Notes: generated by a model not told the origin, from the letters alone. DNA of 64,000 nucleotides from Nitrospirota bacterium (GCA_963710375.1 CAVPZX010000008.1:265138-329137); one strand, 5' to 3'. Numbered from the stretch's first letter, positions 31,509-41,185 are shown. Numbers and translations are program-made.

Positions 31509-32732
31509 ATGCAACTGCTGCCACTTGGGAAAAGAGAGCTTTTTAATAAGCTGATATCGTTAAAACCATCCGGTCTCCTCTGGTTAGCAGTGGTATTCTC
31601 CATAATCTCCACTGAGATTATAGTTATCCCGCTGAGTATATTCTTTAACGGGAGAGTTACTTACGATTTTTTTGTTACTGGTCTCGTCTGTGCCTCTTTG
31701 GTCTCTCTGGTCGTTTCTTATCTCCTTATTCACCTGATCAATAAAGTGCGGGACAGCGAAAAAGAATTCCGGACCATTTTTGAATCAGCCACTGACGCAC
31801 TCTTTATCATCGACATGGAGGGGAACATAATAGATATCAACAGAACCGCCTATTCGCGTCTGGGCTACACCAAAGAAGAAATGTTGTCCATGAGCATATC
31901 AGAGTTGGATATGCAAGAGGCTGCAAATACAGCACCCACGCGTTTAGAGCACGTTAAGAGATATGGCAGCGGTGTATTTGAATCGGCACATCGGAAAAAA
32001 GACGGTACAAGCATGCCTGTTGAGGTAAATGGCATGGCTATTGATTTCGGTGGGAAGAGCGTCATTTTCAGTATCGTGCGCGACATCACCGAACGCAAAA
32101 AAGCGGAAAAAGATAAAGATACATTGCTTCAGGAAATCCATCACCGGGTAAAAAACAACATGCAGATAATTTCGAGCCTTCTAAATATCCAGGCCCGTAA
32201 TATTGAGGATAAACAGCTGCTTGCCATATTTCAGGACTGCCAAAACCGTATAAGGGCAATGGCCCTTGTCCATGAGGAGCTGTATCATTCCAGGAACCTG
32301 TCTAAAATCAATGTTAAGCATTACCTTGATGCGTTGCTGCAGGGGCTGTTGTCTTCTCTCGTAAAAAAAGCAGATGTCAGGTTAAAAGTAACAATTGACG
32401 ACATATTCTTTAATATTGATACGGCAATCCCTTGCGGCCTGATAGTCACTGAACTGGTAACAAACTCCTTCAAGCACGCATTCCGTGAACAGAGAGAGGG
32501 TGAAATATCAGTGGCTATCCTGCAGGAAGACGGCACTTTCACTCTCAGCGTAAAAGACAACGGAGCTGGATTGCCGGAAGGGTTGGATACCGAAAAGACC
32601 ACATCTTTAGGGTTTCAGCTGGTACGCGGGCTCACAGTTCAACTCGGTGGAACCATAAAGATCGGATCCGATCACGGCACAGAAACAATTATCGTATTCA
32701 AAGAAATTAAACCGGCAGGTATGGGACAGTAA
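31509..32732 (+). CDS. Membrane PAS histidine kinase (HisKA_2 type)
   Basis: Two TM helices, PAS-PAC, EIHHRVKNN, ELVTNSFKHAF, DNGAG. Confidence 0.92.
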   Translation: MQLLPLGKRELFNKLISLKPSGLLWLAVVFSIISTEIIVIPLSIFFNGRVTYDFFVTGLVCASLVSLVVSYLLIHLINKVRDSEKEFRTIFESATDALFIIDMEGNIIDINRTAYSRLGYTKEEMLSMSISELDMQEAANTAPTRLEHVKRYGSGVFESAHRKKDGTSMPVEVNGMAIDFGGKSVIFSIVRDITERKKAEKDKDTLLQEIHHRVKNNMQIISSLLNIQARNIEDKQLLAIFQDCQNRIRAMALVHEELYHSRNLSKINVKHYLDALLQGLLSSLVKKADVRLKVTIDDIFFNIDTAIPCGLIVTELVTNSFKHAFREQREGEISVAILQEDGTFTLSVKDNGAGLPEGLDTEKTTSLGFQLVRGLTVQLGGTIKIGSDHGTETIIVFKEIKPAGMGQ

Positions 32733-32745
32733 CCGACCCACTATC

Positions 32746-33243
32746 CTACTCTACCAGATCTCCAATTACCCTGAACTTGTCCTTCAATGCCTTTTCTACC
32801 ACTTCGGGCACCAGCCCGCTAATATCTCCGCCCAACGACGCAGCCTCTCTTACAATCGTCGATGTAAGGTAGGAGAACTCTTGCGAGGGCATCATAAAAA
32901 CGGTTTCCAGATTGCCCGCAAGCCGTCTGTTCATTAGTGCCATCTGCAGTTCATATTCGAAATCCGACACTGCCCGCAAACCCCTTATAATCGCTATACC
33001 GCCTTTTTCTTCAACATAATCGACGAGCAGCCCGGCGAATGCCTCCACTCTCACACCGCGGTACTCCCTGACTGACTCTTCAACAAGCGCAAGGCGTTCC
33101 GCCACGCTGAACATAGGCTTTTTCTTAGGGTTATGCGAAACAGCAATAATCAGCTCATCGAATATCATCAGCCCGCGTTTAACAAGGTCGAGATGCCCGT
33201 TTGTTATTGGATCAAATGTGCCCGGATAAATTGCCAGCTTCAT
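32746..33243 (-). CDS. coaD: Phosphopantetheine adenylyltransferase
   Basis: AIYPGTFDPITNGH, IRGLRAVSDFEYE; start chosen at MKLAIYP after GGAGG. Confidence 0.96.
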   Translation of the reverse strand: MKLAIYPGTFDPITNGHLDLVKRGLMIFDELIIAVSHNPKKKPMFSVAERLALVEESVREYRGVRVEAFAGLLVDYVEEKGGIAIIRGLRAVSDFEYELQMALMNRRLAGNLETVFMMPSQEFSYLTSTIVREAASLGGDISGLVPEVVEKALKDKFRVIGDLVE

Positions 33244-33256
33244 CGGTCTTCCTCCG

Positions 33257-33383
33257 AAAGACAAGTGAAACGTGAATAGTGAAACGTGAATAGCAAAGAC
33301 TGAAAGCAAACTAAAAAAAGAAGTAATTTGTTTTAGGTTTTTTTCACCTTTCACCTTTCACTTTTAACTTTTCACTTGTCTTT
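33257..33383. repeat. Foldback element with inverted heptamer arrays, copy 2
   Basis: Perfect 14-bp terminal inverted repeat AAAGACAAGTGAAA/TTTCACTTGTCTTT; (GTGAAAC-GTGAATA)x2 on the left and TTCACCT/TTCACTT runs on the right. Confidence 0.85.
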
Positions 33384-33936
33384 TATATAGGCTTAACGCT
33401 GTATCGCCATATTTATATCTCTTCTTTAATACCAATTCGCCGGCCTGCTCCCCCAACTCTCTTTTTGAGGAATGTTCGGCGATAACGATTCCATCTTCAT
33501 CAGATGTCCCGAGTTCGTCGATCAGTGATATTATCTGCATTGTTTCTTCCGATGCATAAGGGGGGTCAAGAAAAATAACACTAAACCGCTCTTCATTTTT
33601 CCTCAGAAAATCCTGGACCCGCGCCCTCACGATAAGTGCTTTTTCCCTGAAGCCGAAACGGTCCACAAACTCCTTCATTATATTGACCCTCAGATGATTC
33701 TCTTCTACAAACACGACCCTCCCTGCGCCCCTGCTCAGTGCCTCGAGGCCCACAGCGCCGGTCCCGGCATAAAGATCGAGAAATGCAGAGCCTTCTATTC
33801 TGCCGCTCAGGATATTAAAGACCGCCTCTCTCACTTTTGCAGGCGTCGGCCGCAGTTCGTCGCCATCCTCCCGCCGCAAAAAGGCTTTTTTTATGCCGAC
33901 CTTCCTGCCTTTTGCCGTGCCGCCTGAAATCCTCAT
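33364..33936 (-). CDS. rsmD: 16S rRNA m2G966 methyltransferase
   Basis: MRISGG, LRPT, LDLYAGTGAVGLEALSRGA, FLDPPY, KYGDT. Confidence 0.93.
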   Translation of the reverse strand: MRISGGTAKGRKVGIKKAFLRREDGDELRPTPAKVREAVFNILSGRIEGSAFLDLYAGTGAVGLEALSRGAGRVVFVEENHLRVNIMKEFVDRFGFREKALIVRARVQDFLRKNEERFSVIFLDPPYASEETMQIISLIDELGTSDEDGIVIAEHSSKRELGEQAGELVLKKRYKYGDTALSLYKRQVKS

Positions 33937-33942
33937 AAAATC

Positions 33943-34025
33943 AGGTTAAGGCTAAGGTTAAGGTCAAGGCTAAAGCAATATTTTCTTTTTCTTTTTTTCT
34001 TAACCTCAACCTTAACCTCAACCTT
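33943..34025. repeat. Foldback element with inverted hexamer arrays
   Basis: AGGTTA-AGGCTA-AGGTTA-AGGTCA-AGGCTA, T-rich spacer, CTTAAC-CTCAAC-CTTAAC-CTCAAC. Confidence 0.8.
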
Positions 34026-34671
34026 TTCTTAAAGGCGGATTCACAATATACCCGTCTTGCATTTCATAACCGGAAATCCTTACCGCCCTGCCCTCAACGC
34101 GCAGCCTGCCCTCCGCATATAGCCGCAGAGCCTCTGGATATAACATATGCTCCAGTTTCAGTATTCGTGAGGAAAGCGTGTCCTCGGTGTCGTCCGGAGA
34201 GACAGGTACAGCGGCCTGAATTATGACAGGTCCGGTATCCATTCCACCGTCAACAAAATGCACTGTACAGCCGCTTATCCTCACCCCATACTCCGCGGCC
34301 TGCTTCTGTCCGTGGAGGCCTGGAAAGGCTGGGAGAAGGGCTGGATGTATATTCATGATCCTGGTTGGAAACGCATCGATCAGGGGTTTTCCGACAATGC
34401 GCATAAACCCGGCAAGCGCCACCAGTTCCACATCGCGCTTTTGAAGCTCACGTGCAATGGATGCAAAATAATCGACCCTGGATAGTGAGGCTTTAGGGTC
34501 TATATGGAGGTAGTCTATCGAATGTTTTTTCGCCCTCTCGATAGCATAGGCTCCGGCATTATCAACAACGAGCAGTTTGATTGCAGCAGGAAGCCTCCCT
34601 GCCTCTATCTCATCAATGATCGCCTGAAAGTTTGAGCCCCTGCCGGATGCAAGGATACCGAGATTGAGCAT
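34018..34671 (-). CDS. purN: Phosphoribosylglycinamide formyltransferase
   Basis: LASGRGSNFQAI, LAGFMRI, NIHPALLPAFPG, GCTVHFVD. Confidence 0.96.
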   Translation of the reverse strand: MLNLGILASGRGSNFQAIIDEIEAGRLPAAIKLLVVDNAGAYAIERAKKHSIDYLHIDPKASLSRVDYFASIARELQKRDVELVALAGFMRIVGKPLIDAFPTRIMNIHPALLPAFPGLHGQKQAAEYGVRISGCTVHFVDGGMDTGPVIIQAAVPVSPDDTEDTLSSRILKLEHMLYPEALRLYAEGRLRVEGRAVRISGYEMQDGYIVNPPLRKG

Positions 34672-34724
34672 ACATGCCTCCCTGCCAACCTGCGTACTGA
34701 ATAGATTTGATTGAAACAGTCAAT

Positions 34725-34997
34725 CTATTTTATTTCTGATTTCAGCGTCGCCCCTGCGCTAAATTTGGGGACTTTCCTAGCCGGTATCTTGATAACCTCG
34801 CCGCTCCTGGGATTCCTGCCTTTCCTGGCCTTCCTCTTTGAAACGGAAAAAGTGCCAAACCCTACAAGAGTAACTTTCTTTCCCTTCTTTAACGAACCAG
34901 CAACTGAAGACATAAAAGACTTGAGCGCTGTTTCCGCCTGCTTCCTGGAAATGTCCGCATCCTTGGCCATCTTTAAAACAAGTTCAACCTTTGTCAT
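34725..34997 (-). CDS. hup: HU family DNA-binding protein
   Basis: MTKVELV, LVGFGTF, RKGRNPRSG, PKFSAG. Confidence 0.95.
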   Translation of the reverse strand: MTKVELVLKMAKDADISRKQAETALKSFMSSVAGSLKKGKKVTLVGFGTFSVSKRKARKGRNPRSGEVIKIPARKVPKFSAGATLKSEIK

Positions 34998-35076
34998 AGT
35001 GTCCCCCCCTGTAAATTTATGTTGAATTATTGTACTTTAACTACAGCGTCTTTACAACAACAAAAAACATACCGGC

Positions 35077-36951
35077 TCAGAGTTCTTCTTTTATTTCGTC
35101 CAGATATCTTGACTCCAGCATAGGTGAAATATTACCGAATTTCATCCTCGACCCCGCCGATGAAAGGTATAGTCTCTCTTTCGCCCTCGTGCATCCGACA
35201 TAAAACAGCCTTCGTTCTTCCTCAAGACTTGATAAATTGTCGAGCGATTTTGCGGAAGGGAAAATCCCCTCCTCAAGTGCAGGTATAAAAACTACCGGGA
35301 ATTCGAGCCCTTTAGCAGCGTGGAGAGTCATAATTTTTACCGATTGATCACTGCCGATCCTGTCCTGCTCCGAACTCAAAAGATTATCTTCCATGAATTC
35401 CGAGAAAGTCTTCCCCTCGGTCTCAAGATTTTTAAAAACGTTGGCAAGTTCCGATATGTTTTCGATGCGATCATCATAATCATCCTTGTACTCATTTTTC
35501 AAGTAATCAAAGTAGCCTATCTCCTTTATGAGTTCCATCAGGACCGAAAATGGAGCATCTTCGATCATATCCGAGTATTTTTCTACAACATTTATAAATA
35601 TATCTGCGTTTATGCGCTGCCTGGGAGACAGTTTTGCTTCCCTCAGCGCCTGTACCCAATCTGTTTTGTGATGTTCTCTTATCATCGACAAGGCTTTGCT
35701 GCCTATGTATCTGGAAGGTATATTAATGATCCTTTCAAACGCGGCTTTATCTTTTCGATTTGCTATGAATCTCAGGTATGCGACCAAATCCCTTATTTCC
35801 GCATGCTCATAAAATGCAAGTCCTCTGACCACCTGGTATGGAATGTTATTTTTCATTAAAGCGCTTTCCAACCCTCGTGACAGAAAGCTCATTCTTATTA
35901 AGATTGCTATATCGGAATAAGAATAGCCATGGATATTCAAAAGTGACCTTATTTTATTCGCTATGTAGTTTGTTTCTTCAATGTCATTTTCATTCTCTTT
36001 ATTTTCAATCTCTCCGTCGAGCTCGCTGTCCGTATGCAGTTTCAGGATTTTATCTCCCCACATATCACCTGCACCACAAAGTATCTTATTGGCCAGCTTA
36101 AGAATTTTTTTTGTGGATCTATAGTTCTTTTCGAGCTTCATTTCAACTGCACCGAAATCCTCTACAAAACGGAACATATTTGAGGGTTTTGAGCCTCGCC
36201 AGGAATATATGGATTGAAAAGGATCGCCAACTGCAAAAAGGCCCTTTTTGTTTCCGGCGAGGAGTTGAATAATCTGATATTGGACATCATTTGTATCCTG
36301 AAACTCATCTATCAAAATGTAATCAAATCTCTCTTGCCATTTGTGTCTTGTGAAAGAATCTTTTAAAAGCACCTCAGTAGTAAAAAGCAGAAGATCATCA
36401 TAATCAAGTGCATTAGATTTCTCCAGGTCTTTCCTGTATTCATCGGCTACAACCGAATATGACGACGCGGGAAAGGGAAGACTTTTAATGTAATCGACCA
36501 TATCAGCCCTATGTTCTTGCTTTGCTTTCGATATAATATCTTTTGCCATGGCAGCCTCTTTTGGCTTCATGTTCAGCCTTTTCATTATGTCTTTAATTAT
36601 TTTGAGACTGTCATCAGCGTCGTAGATAATGAACTTTCTGTCGAAATTCTTGCCCAGGACAGCTATATCCTCCCTCAATACCCTGACCCCAAATGCATGA
36701 AAGGTGCTGATCCAGTGCGGGCTGACAGATAAAGCTTTCCTGACTCTCTCTGCCATCTCATTTGCAGCTTTTTTCGTAAACGTTATCGCAAGAATCCTGT
36801 TTGCCCTGGTCCCTCTCTCTTTAATAAGATAAGCGATCTTTGAAGTCAGGACCTTCGTTTTCCCGCTGCCGGCTCCGGCAATCAAGAGCAAAGGCGAATC
36901 AAAATATTTTACTGCTTCTTTTTGCTGAGGGTTGAGGCCGTCGAGCAACAT
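35077..36951 (-). CDS. UvrD/PcrA/Rep family SF1 helicase
   Basis: LNPQQ, AGAGSGKT, IDEFQD, VGDPFQSIYSWRG, NYRS, TLHAAKGLEF, EERRLFYVGCTRA. Confidence 0.95.
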   Translation of the reverse strand: MLLDGLNPQQKEAVKYFDSPLLLIAGAGSGKTKVLTSKIAYLIKERGTRANRILAITFTKKAANEMAERVRKALSVSPHWISTFHAFGVRVLREDIAVLGKNFDRKFIIYDADDSLKIIKDIMKRLNMKPKEAAMAKDIISKAKQEHRADMVDYIKSLPFPASSYSVVADEYRKDLEKSNALDYDDLLLFTTEVLLKDSFTRHKWQERFDYILIDEFQDTNDVQYQIIQLLAGNKKGLFAVGDPFQSIYSWRGSKPSNMFRFVEDFGAVEMKLEKNYRSTKKILKLANKILCGAGDMWGDKILKLHTDSELDGEIENKENENDIEETNYIANKIRSLLNIHGYSYSDIAILIRMSFLSRGLESALMKNNIPYQVVRGLAFYEHAEIRDLVAYLRFIANRKDKAAFERIINIPSRYIGSKALSMIREHHKTDWVQALREAKLSPRQRINADIFINVVEKYSDMIEDAPFSVLMELIKEIGYFDYLKNEYKDDYDDRIENISELANVFKNLETEGKTFSEFMEDNLLSSEQDRIGSDQSVKIMTLHAAKGLEFPVVFIPALEEGIFPSAKSLDNLSSLEEERRLFYVGCTRAKERLYLSSAGSRMKFGNISPMLESRYLDEIKEEL

Positions 36952-37229
36952 CACTTCTCCTTTAACCATACTATCAGTAATTGAGTTTTGAGGTAGTGGG
37001 ACAGGCTGGATTTACCATTATGATCTTACCTCTTATTTTACCATAATCGTGCGGCAGCGGAAATCAAAATTCATCAAGTTGTAACATAAGCTTAATACTA
37101 AAGTAATTTTGATATGCTATTATTAAAGGTGCTGGTAAACTATATGCAACCGCCCTTGAATGTCATTGCCGGCCCCTGCATTGTGGTTTCACATATTTCT
37201 GAAATAATCACTTTCCAAGGAGGATCGTT

Positions 37230-37796
37230 ATGAACACTAAAAAGCAGTCTACAAAGAAAACAGTCACTAAAACCAAAAATAACGGGGGAAACGTCACTGA
37301 AAAAACTCAGGTCGATGAGAAACCTTCAGTGCCGGAGAAACTATTAACAGAGAAGAACACAACTGCGAGGTCAGGGGCGGCAAAGAAACCCGTTGCTGAT
37401 AAACTCGATGTTGCCATAGCGCCGGCTGTCGCACAAAAAGCCGGCCCGAAAACAAAATCACCTGCCCCGCAAAAATCCAAAGCAGAACCTCATGGGATCA
37501 TGAAAGAGTATACTAAGTCGCGGAACCTCTGCAAAGTCACATTCATATTGCCTGGAGAGGCCGCACCAAAGGCTCAACAGGTTGCTATAGTTGGAGATTT
37601 TAATAACTGGAACATGACATCCACTTACTTAGGCAAAACAGAAAACGGTGATTTTAGTGTCACACTTGAGCTTGAAGCAGGAAAGGAATACCGTTTCCGC
37701 TATCTTATCGATAACCATCGGTGGGAAAATGACTGGTTCGCTGATAAGTATCTTGCGGGCCCATACGGCGTTGAGGATTCCGTCGTGAGCCTTTAG
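37230..37796 (+). CDS. Isoamylase early-set/CBM48-like glycogen-binding domain protein with Lys/Thr/Pro-rich N-terminus
   Basis: CKVTF, IVGDFNNW, EYRFRYLID..WEND..AD motifs. Confidence 0.85.
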   Translation: MNTKKQSTKKTVTKTKNNGGNVTEKTQVDEKPSVPEKLLTEKNTTARSGAAKKPVADKLDVAIAPAVAQKAGPKTKSPAPQKSKAEPHGIMKEYTKSRNLCKVTFILPGEAAPKAQQVAIVGDFNNWNMTSTYLGKTENGDFSVTLELEAGKEYRFRYLIDNHRWENDWFADKYLAGPYGVEDSVVSL

Positions 37797-37829
37797 GGTG
37801 GGCACTTTGTTGATTGACTCATTGCCCCG

Positions 37830-38051
37830 TCATTTATCAACTCCGTGATCCTCTAAACATTCTTGATATGTACGCATTCTCTTCTTATTCTGGTCCCAGG
37901 GCGGTCGCGGTCGTGCGTTCACTTTCTCTTCTTCCGCACACAATGCTCTTATATCGGATGGTCTATATTTATACCAGTAGATCAAACCAAGAGCGGTTAG
38001 AGTTATAAGTACACATAAAAGTAATATGACTCCCCGCGAATGCTGTTTCAT
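37830..38051 (-). CDS. Small hypothetical membrane protein
   Basis: 73 aa; one TM helix followed by YRPSDIRALC...YQECL..HG. Confidence 0.55.
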   Translation of the reverse strand: MKQHSRGVILLLCVLITLTALGLIYWYKYRPSDIRALCAEEEKVNARPRPPWDQNKKRMRTYQECLEDHGVDK

Positions 38052-38267
38052 TTCTGACCCGCTCTCTATTTATTATTCTACCACAGTGAAATTACTATCC
38101 GTGAAAGATTTGGCAGGGATCAGTTTGTTTTACCTCTGGATCACTGGGTTGTCAGATGCAATTTCGATCCGTTGCAATCATAAACTTCAATAGGTTATGA
38201 TAATGTTTGCATGGTTTTTTGTGCTCTGGTAAAGACGAAATGCAGGGTGGAGGCTACGGAAGCGGTG

Positions 38268-38480
38268 ATGCCTGTTCGGATATTAGTCGTCGATTATATG
38301 ATGCCCATGAGGGCGTTTATCAAGGCTGGTATTATAGCAAATGTTTCTAAAGAAATCGAGATCCACGAAGCAAGCAGCGGCGAAGCAGCGAAAGCGAAGC
38401 TGGAAAGTAAAGGCTGTATTGAGCGAGTCCATGGCCGACGGAACCAGGAAAGCGGAAGGTTAGAAAAACATGGACGCTGA
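38268..38480 (+). pseudogene. Truncated receiver-domain fragment
   Basis: MPVRILVVD...IHEASSGEAAKAKLES resembles the N-terminal half of a REC domain (compare 25054..25431) and diverges before the phospho-Asp. Confidence 0.55.
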
Positions 38481-38988
38481 AAAAACAAAGAGCGACCGTA
38501 TTCTGGAACAGTTAAGGAAACGCAGTGCACGCGAAAAGGTAGTGGATGTAGAGGAGGAGAAGGTCAAGCTCGTCATCTTCTCCCTTGCGGATGACTATTA
38601 CGCCTTTAACGGCAACGAAGTAAGAGAGATTATGCTGCCTCCCGGCGATATTTCTTATGTTCCAGGCACCCCTGACTATGTCCTCGGAGTAATCAACGTG
38701 AGGGGAGATATAGAATCAGTGGTAGCCATCAATACCTTCCTGGCTCTGCCCGAAAGCAAAAGGACCTCCCGAAGCAGAATTGCAATTGCTGTCAAAGGCG
38801 GCGTCCGGTCCGGCATTATGGTGGACTCCATAGAGGACGTGCTCGACGTGCCTGTGAGCAGCATCAAGCCTCCCCTTTCGACACTCGATGCATTTAAGAA
38901 AGAGTGCGTCACGGGCGAACTGACATTTAAAGGCAGAAACGTTACCATCCTTGATACCGGAAAAATCTTCGGGAAGCTGGCGGTTTGA
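38470..38988 (+). CDS. cheW: CheW adaptor
   Basis: LVIFSL, VPGTPDYVLGVINVRGDI, GIMVDSI. Confidence 0.92.
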   Translation: MDAEKTKSDRILEQLRKRSAREKVVDVEEEKVKLVIFSLADDYYAFNGNEVREIMLPPGDISYVPGTPDYVLGVINVRGDIESVVAINTFLALPESKRTSRSRIAIAVKGGVRSGIMVDSIEDVLDVPVSSIKPPLSTLDAFKKECVTGELTFKGRNVTILDTGKIFGKLAV

Positions 38989-39440
38989 TGGAAGAAGGGT
39001 GCTGCCCTGTCTGCCCGGAAGAACTTACTCTCCTCGTGTTTAACGTAGGTGGTGTCAGAATGGCGGTTGATACCGCCCAGGTAGATGGTATGGCGCATCC
39101 CGATGATGTCGAAATGCAGGGCAGGGAGACGCTGGGTTTCGATCAGATCATTTCATTTCGTAATCCCGTATGCTACAAGGCCCCGTGGGTACTACAGGTG
39201 AAAGACGAAACAATGCCCTACGGTGTTATGATAGACCAGCCGGATGAGATTGTCCCTGTAAACCTCGATGTCCTTCAGCCTCTCCCCTACCTCATTGAGG
39301 CCGGCAGAGGCTCTGAGGCGATTTGGGGCGCCATGGTCCGGGCAGACGGTACTATTCTTTTAATTGTTGATCTGTACAAACTGCCGAGAAGCGTTCCGGC
39401 AATGGAGGGCAGCAACCCGGCAAATTCAAGGGTTACTTGA
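38988..39440 (+). CDS. Divergent second CheW-like protein
   Basis: LLVFNVGG..AVDT, YGVMID, ILLIVDL; translationally coupled to cheW. Confidence 0.75.
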   Translation: MEEGCCPVCPEELTLLVFNVGGVRMAVDTAQVDGMAHPDDVEMQGRETLGFDQIISFRNPVCYKAPWVLQVKDETMPYGVMIDQPDEIVPVNLDVLQPLPYLIEAGRGSEAIWGAMVRADGTILLIVDLYKLPRSVPAMEGSNPANSRVT

Positions 39441-39502
39441 TTGGACTCCGAAACGAAAGGCTCATTTAGATATTTGTTTAAATAAAATTGGCGAGGTCGA
39501 AT

Positions 39503-41185
39503 ATGAAACTTTCAGTGAAAAAGAAAATATTAGCTTTTACCACTATTCCTTTGATTCTGGGTTCGTTTGTTTTTTCTTATATCGGAGTGGCAACTATTAC
39601 CTCTGCAGGTGAAAAAAGGTTGAAAGAATACAGGGAAACGCTAATGGCTGAACGAAAAGAGAAAACATTGAACCTTATTGAAATTGCGATTAAATCACTA
39701 GAAGATTTGCCTGAAAAAAAGGCTGCAATTGCCCTTAAAAAGCTTCGGTATGGCAAAAACGGTTATTTCTTTCTCTTAGATTTTAATGGTTTTATGATCT
39801 CACACCCTGATCCAAAACTGGAAGGTAAAAATGACAACGACCTGAAAGACCCTAACGGAGTATACATTGTGAGAGGAATCATCAAGACAGCAAGGGAAAA
39901 CCCGGATGAGGGAGGATACACTTCATACATGTGGAAAACTCCCGGCAGCGATCAAATGCAGCCCAAGCTCACTTACTCAAGGGTCATAAAAAAGTGGAAC
40001 CTGGTAATCGGGACCGGTATTTATATAGACAATATCGAGGTCCTGGTTGCCAAAGAAAGGGGGAAGGTCAACAGCGAAATTTCGTCCCTGGTCGTCAATA
40101 ATACGATTATCACCGTAATTATTGTGATGGTATTATTGGCAATTGTAACTTTCTTCGTGAACAAATACATTAACAAACCAATCGGTGATATCAGCAACGG
40201 CATAAAGAATTTCGACAATGACCTCACAAAGAAAGTCACCGTAACCACCGATGACGAAATTGGAGAATTGGCAAAATGGTTTAATAGCTATATCGACAAT
40301 TTGCACGATGTTATCAAGAAAGTTTCCGATGCCACTACGGATATTAATTCAGGTCTTAGCGAGTGCTCAACGGCTGTTGAACAGCAGGCTACAATTTCGA
40401 CGGAGCAGTCTGCGGCGGTCTCCGAAATCACGTCTACAATGGAAGAACTTTCAGCATCATCCAGCCAGATCGCCGACCATTCCAACGCTGTGGTGGATAT
40501 CGCCACGAAGACCTGGGATGACACAAAGAAAGGCACCAGCGCCCTGGAATCATTGATAATGAAGATGGGCGACATTAAGAACGACAACCTCAACAGTATC
40601 CAGGAAATAGTTGAACTGGGACGGAAATCCAAGGAGATATCAAAGGTGATGGAGATCATTAATTCCATAGCCGACCAGACCAAACTCATCGCGTTCAACG
40701 CTGCATTAGAGGCCTCCAGTGCTGGTGAAGCCGGCAAGAGATTCGGCGTAGTTGCGGTAGAAATCCGGAGACTCGCGGACAGCGTCATGGAATCCACCGG
40801 AGAGATCGAGGGCAAGATCAACGAAATCCAGGAGGCGATCAACCGGCTGGTCATCGCGTCCGAGAAGGGGTCTAAAGGTATCCAGGATGGCATGGAATAC
40901 TCGACCCAGACCGCAGACCTTCTCTTCGGGATCGTGGATGCTGCCCAGACCACCACAGACGCGGCAAAACAAATATCCCTCTCCACACAGCAGCAGAAGA
41001 CAGCCAGTGGCCAGGTGGTGGCTGCCCTACGCGAGATAGTGGCAGGCTCCAGCGAGACCACTGATGCCATAAACCAGATCAGCACTATCACCAAGCAGCT
41101 TTCCCGGCTCTCGAACAACCTGCAAGAGATGGTCGCAACATTCAAGGTGGAAAGTCACGGCGCGAAAGAAGGGAAAGAGGTCTAA
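39503..41185 (+). CDS. Methyl-accepting chemotaxis protein with single-Cache sensor
   Basis: TM, Cache (LRYGKNGYFF, DPNG, WNLVIGTGIYID), TM, HAMP, IADQTKLIAFNAALEASSAGEAGKRFGVVA. Confidence 0.95.
   Translation: MKLSVKKKILAFTTIPLILGSFVFSYIGVATITSAGEKRLKEYRETLMAERKEKTLNLIEIAIKSLEDLPEKKAAIALKKLRYGKNGYFFLLDFNGFMISHPDPKLEGKNDNDLKDPNGVYIVRGIIKTARENPDEGGYTSYMWKTPGSDQMQPKLTYSRVIKKWNLVIGTGIYIDNIEVLVAKERGKVNSEISSLVVNNTIITVIIVMVLLAIVTFFVNKYINKPIGDISNGIKNFDNDLTKKVTVTTDDEIGELAKWFNSYIDNLHDVIKKVSDATTDINSGLSECSTAVEQQATISTEQSAAVSEITSTMEELSASSSQIADHSNAVVDIATKTWDDTKKGTSALESLIMKMGDIKNDNLNSIQEIVELGRKSKEISKVMEIINSIADQTKLIAFNAALEASSAGEAGKRFGVVAVEIRRLADSVMESTGEIEGKINEIQEAINRLVIASEKGSKGIQDGMEYSTQTADLLFGIVDAAQTTTDAAKQISLSTQQQKTASGQVVAALREIVAGSSETTDAINQISTITKQLSRLSNNLQEMVATFKVESHGAKEGKEV

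Noticed and set aside
33244..33354. 37-aa N-terminal extension of CoaD in the ORF track
   Set aside because: It is a translation of the foldback element; the canonical start MKLAIYPG has its own GGAGG RBS.
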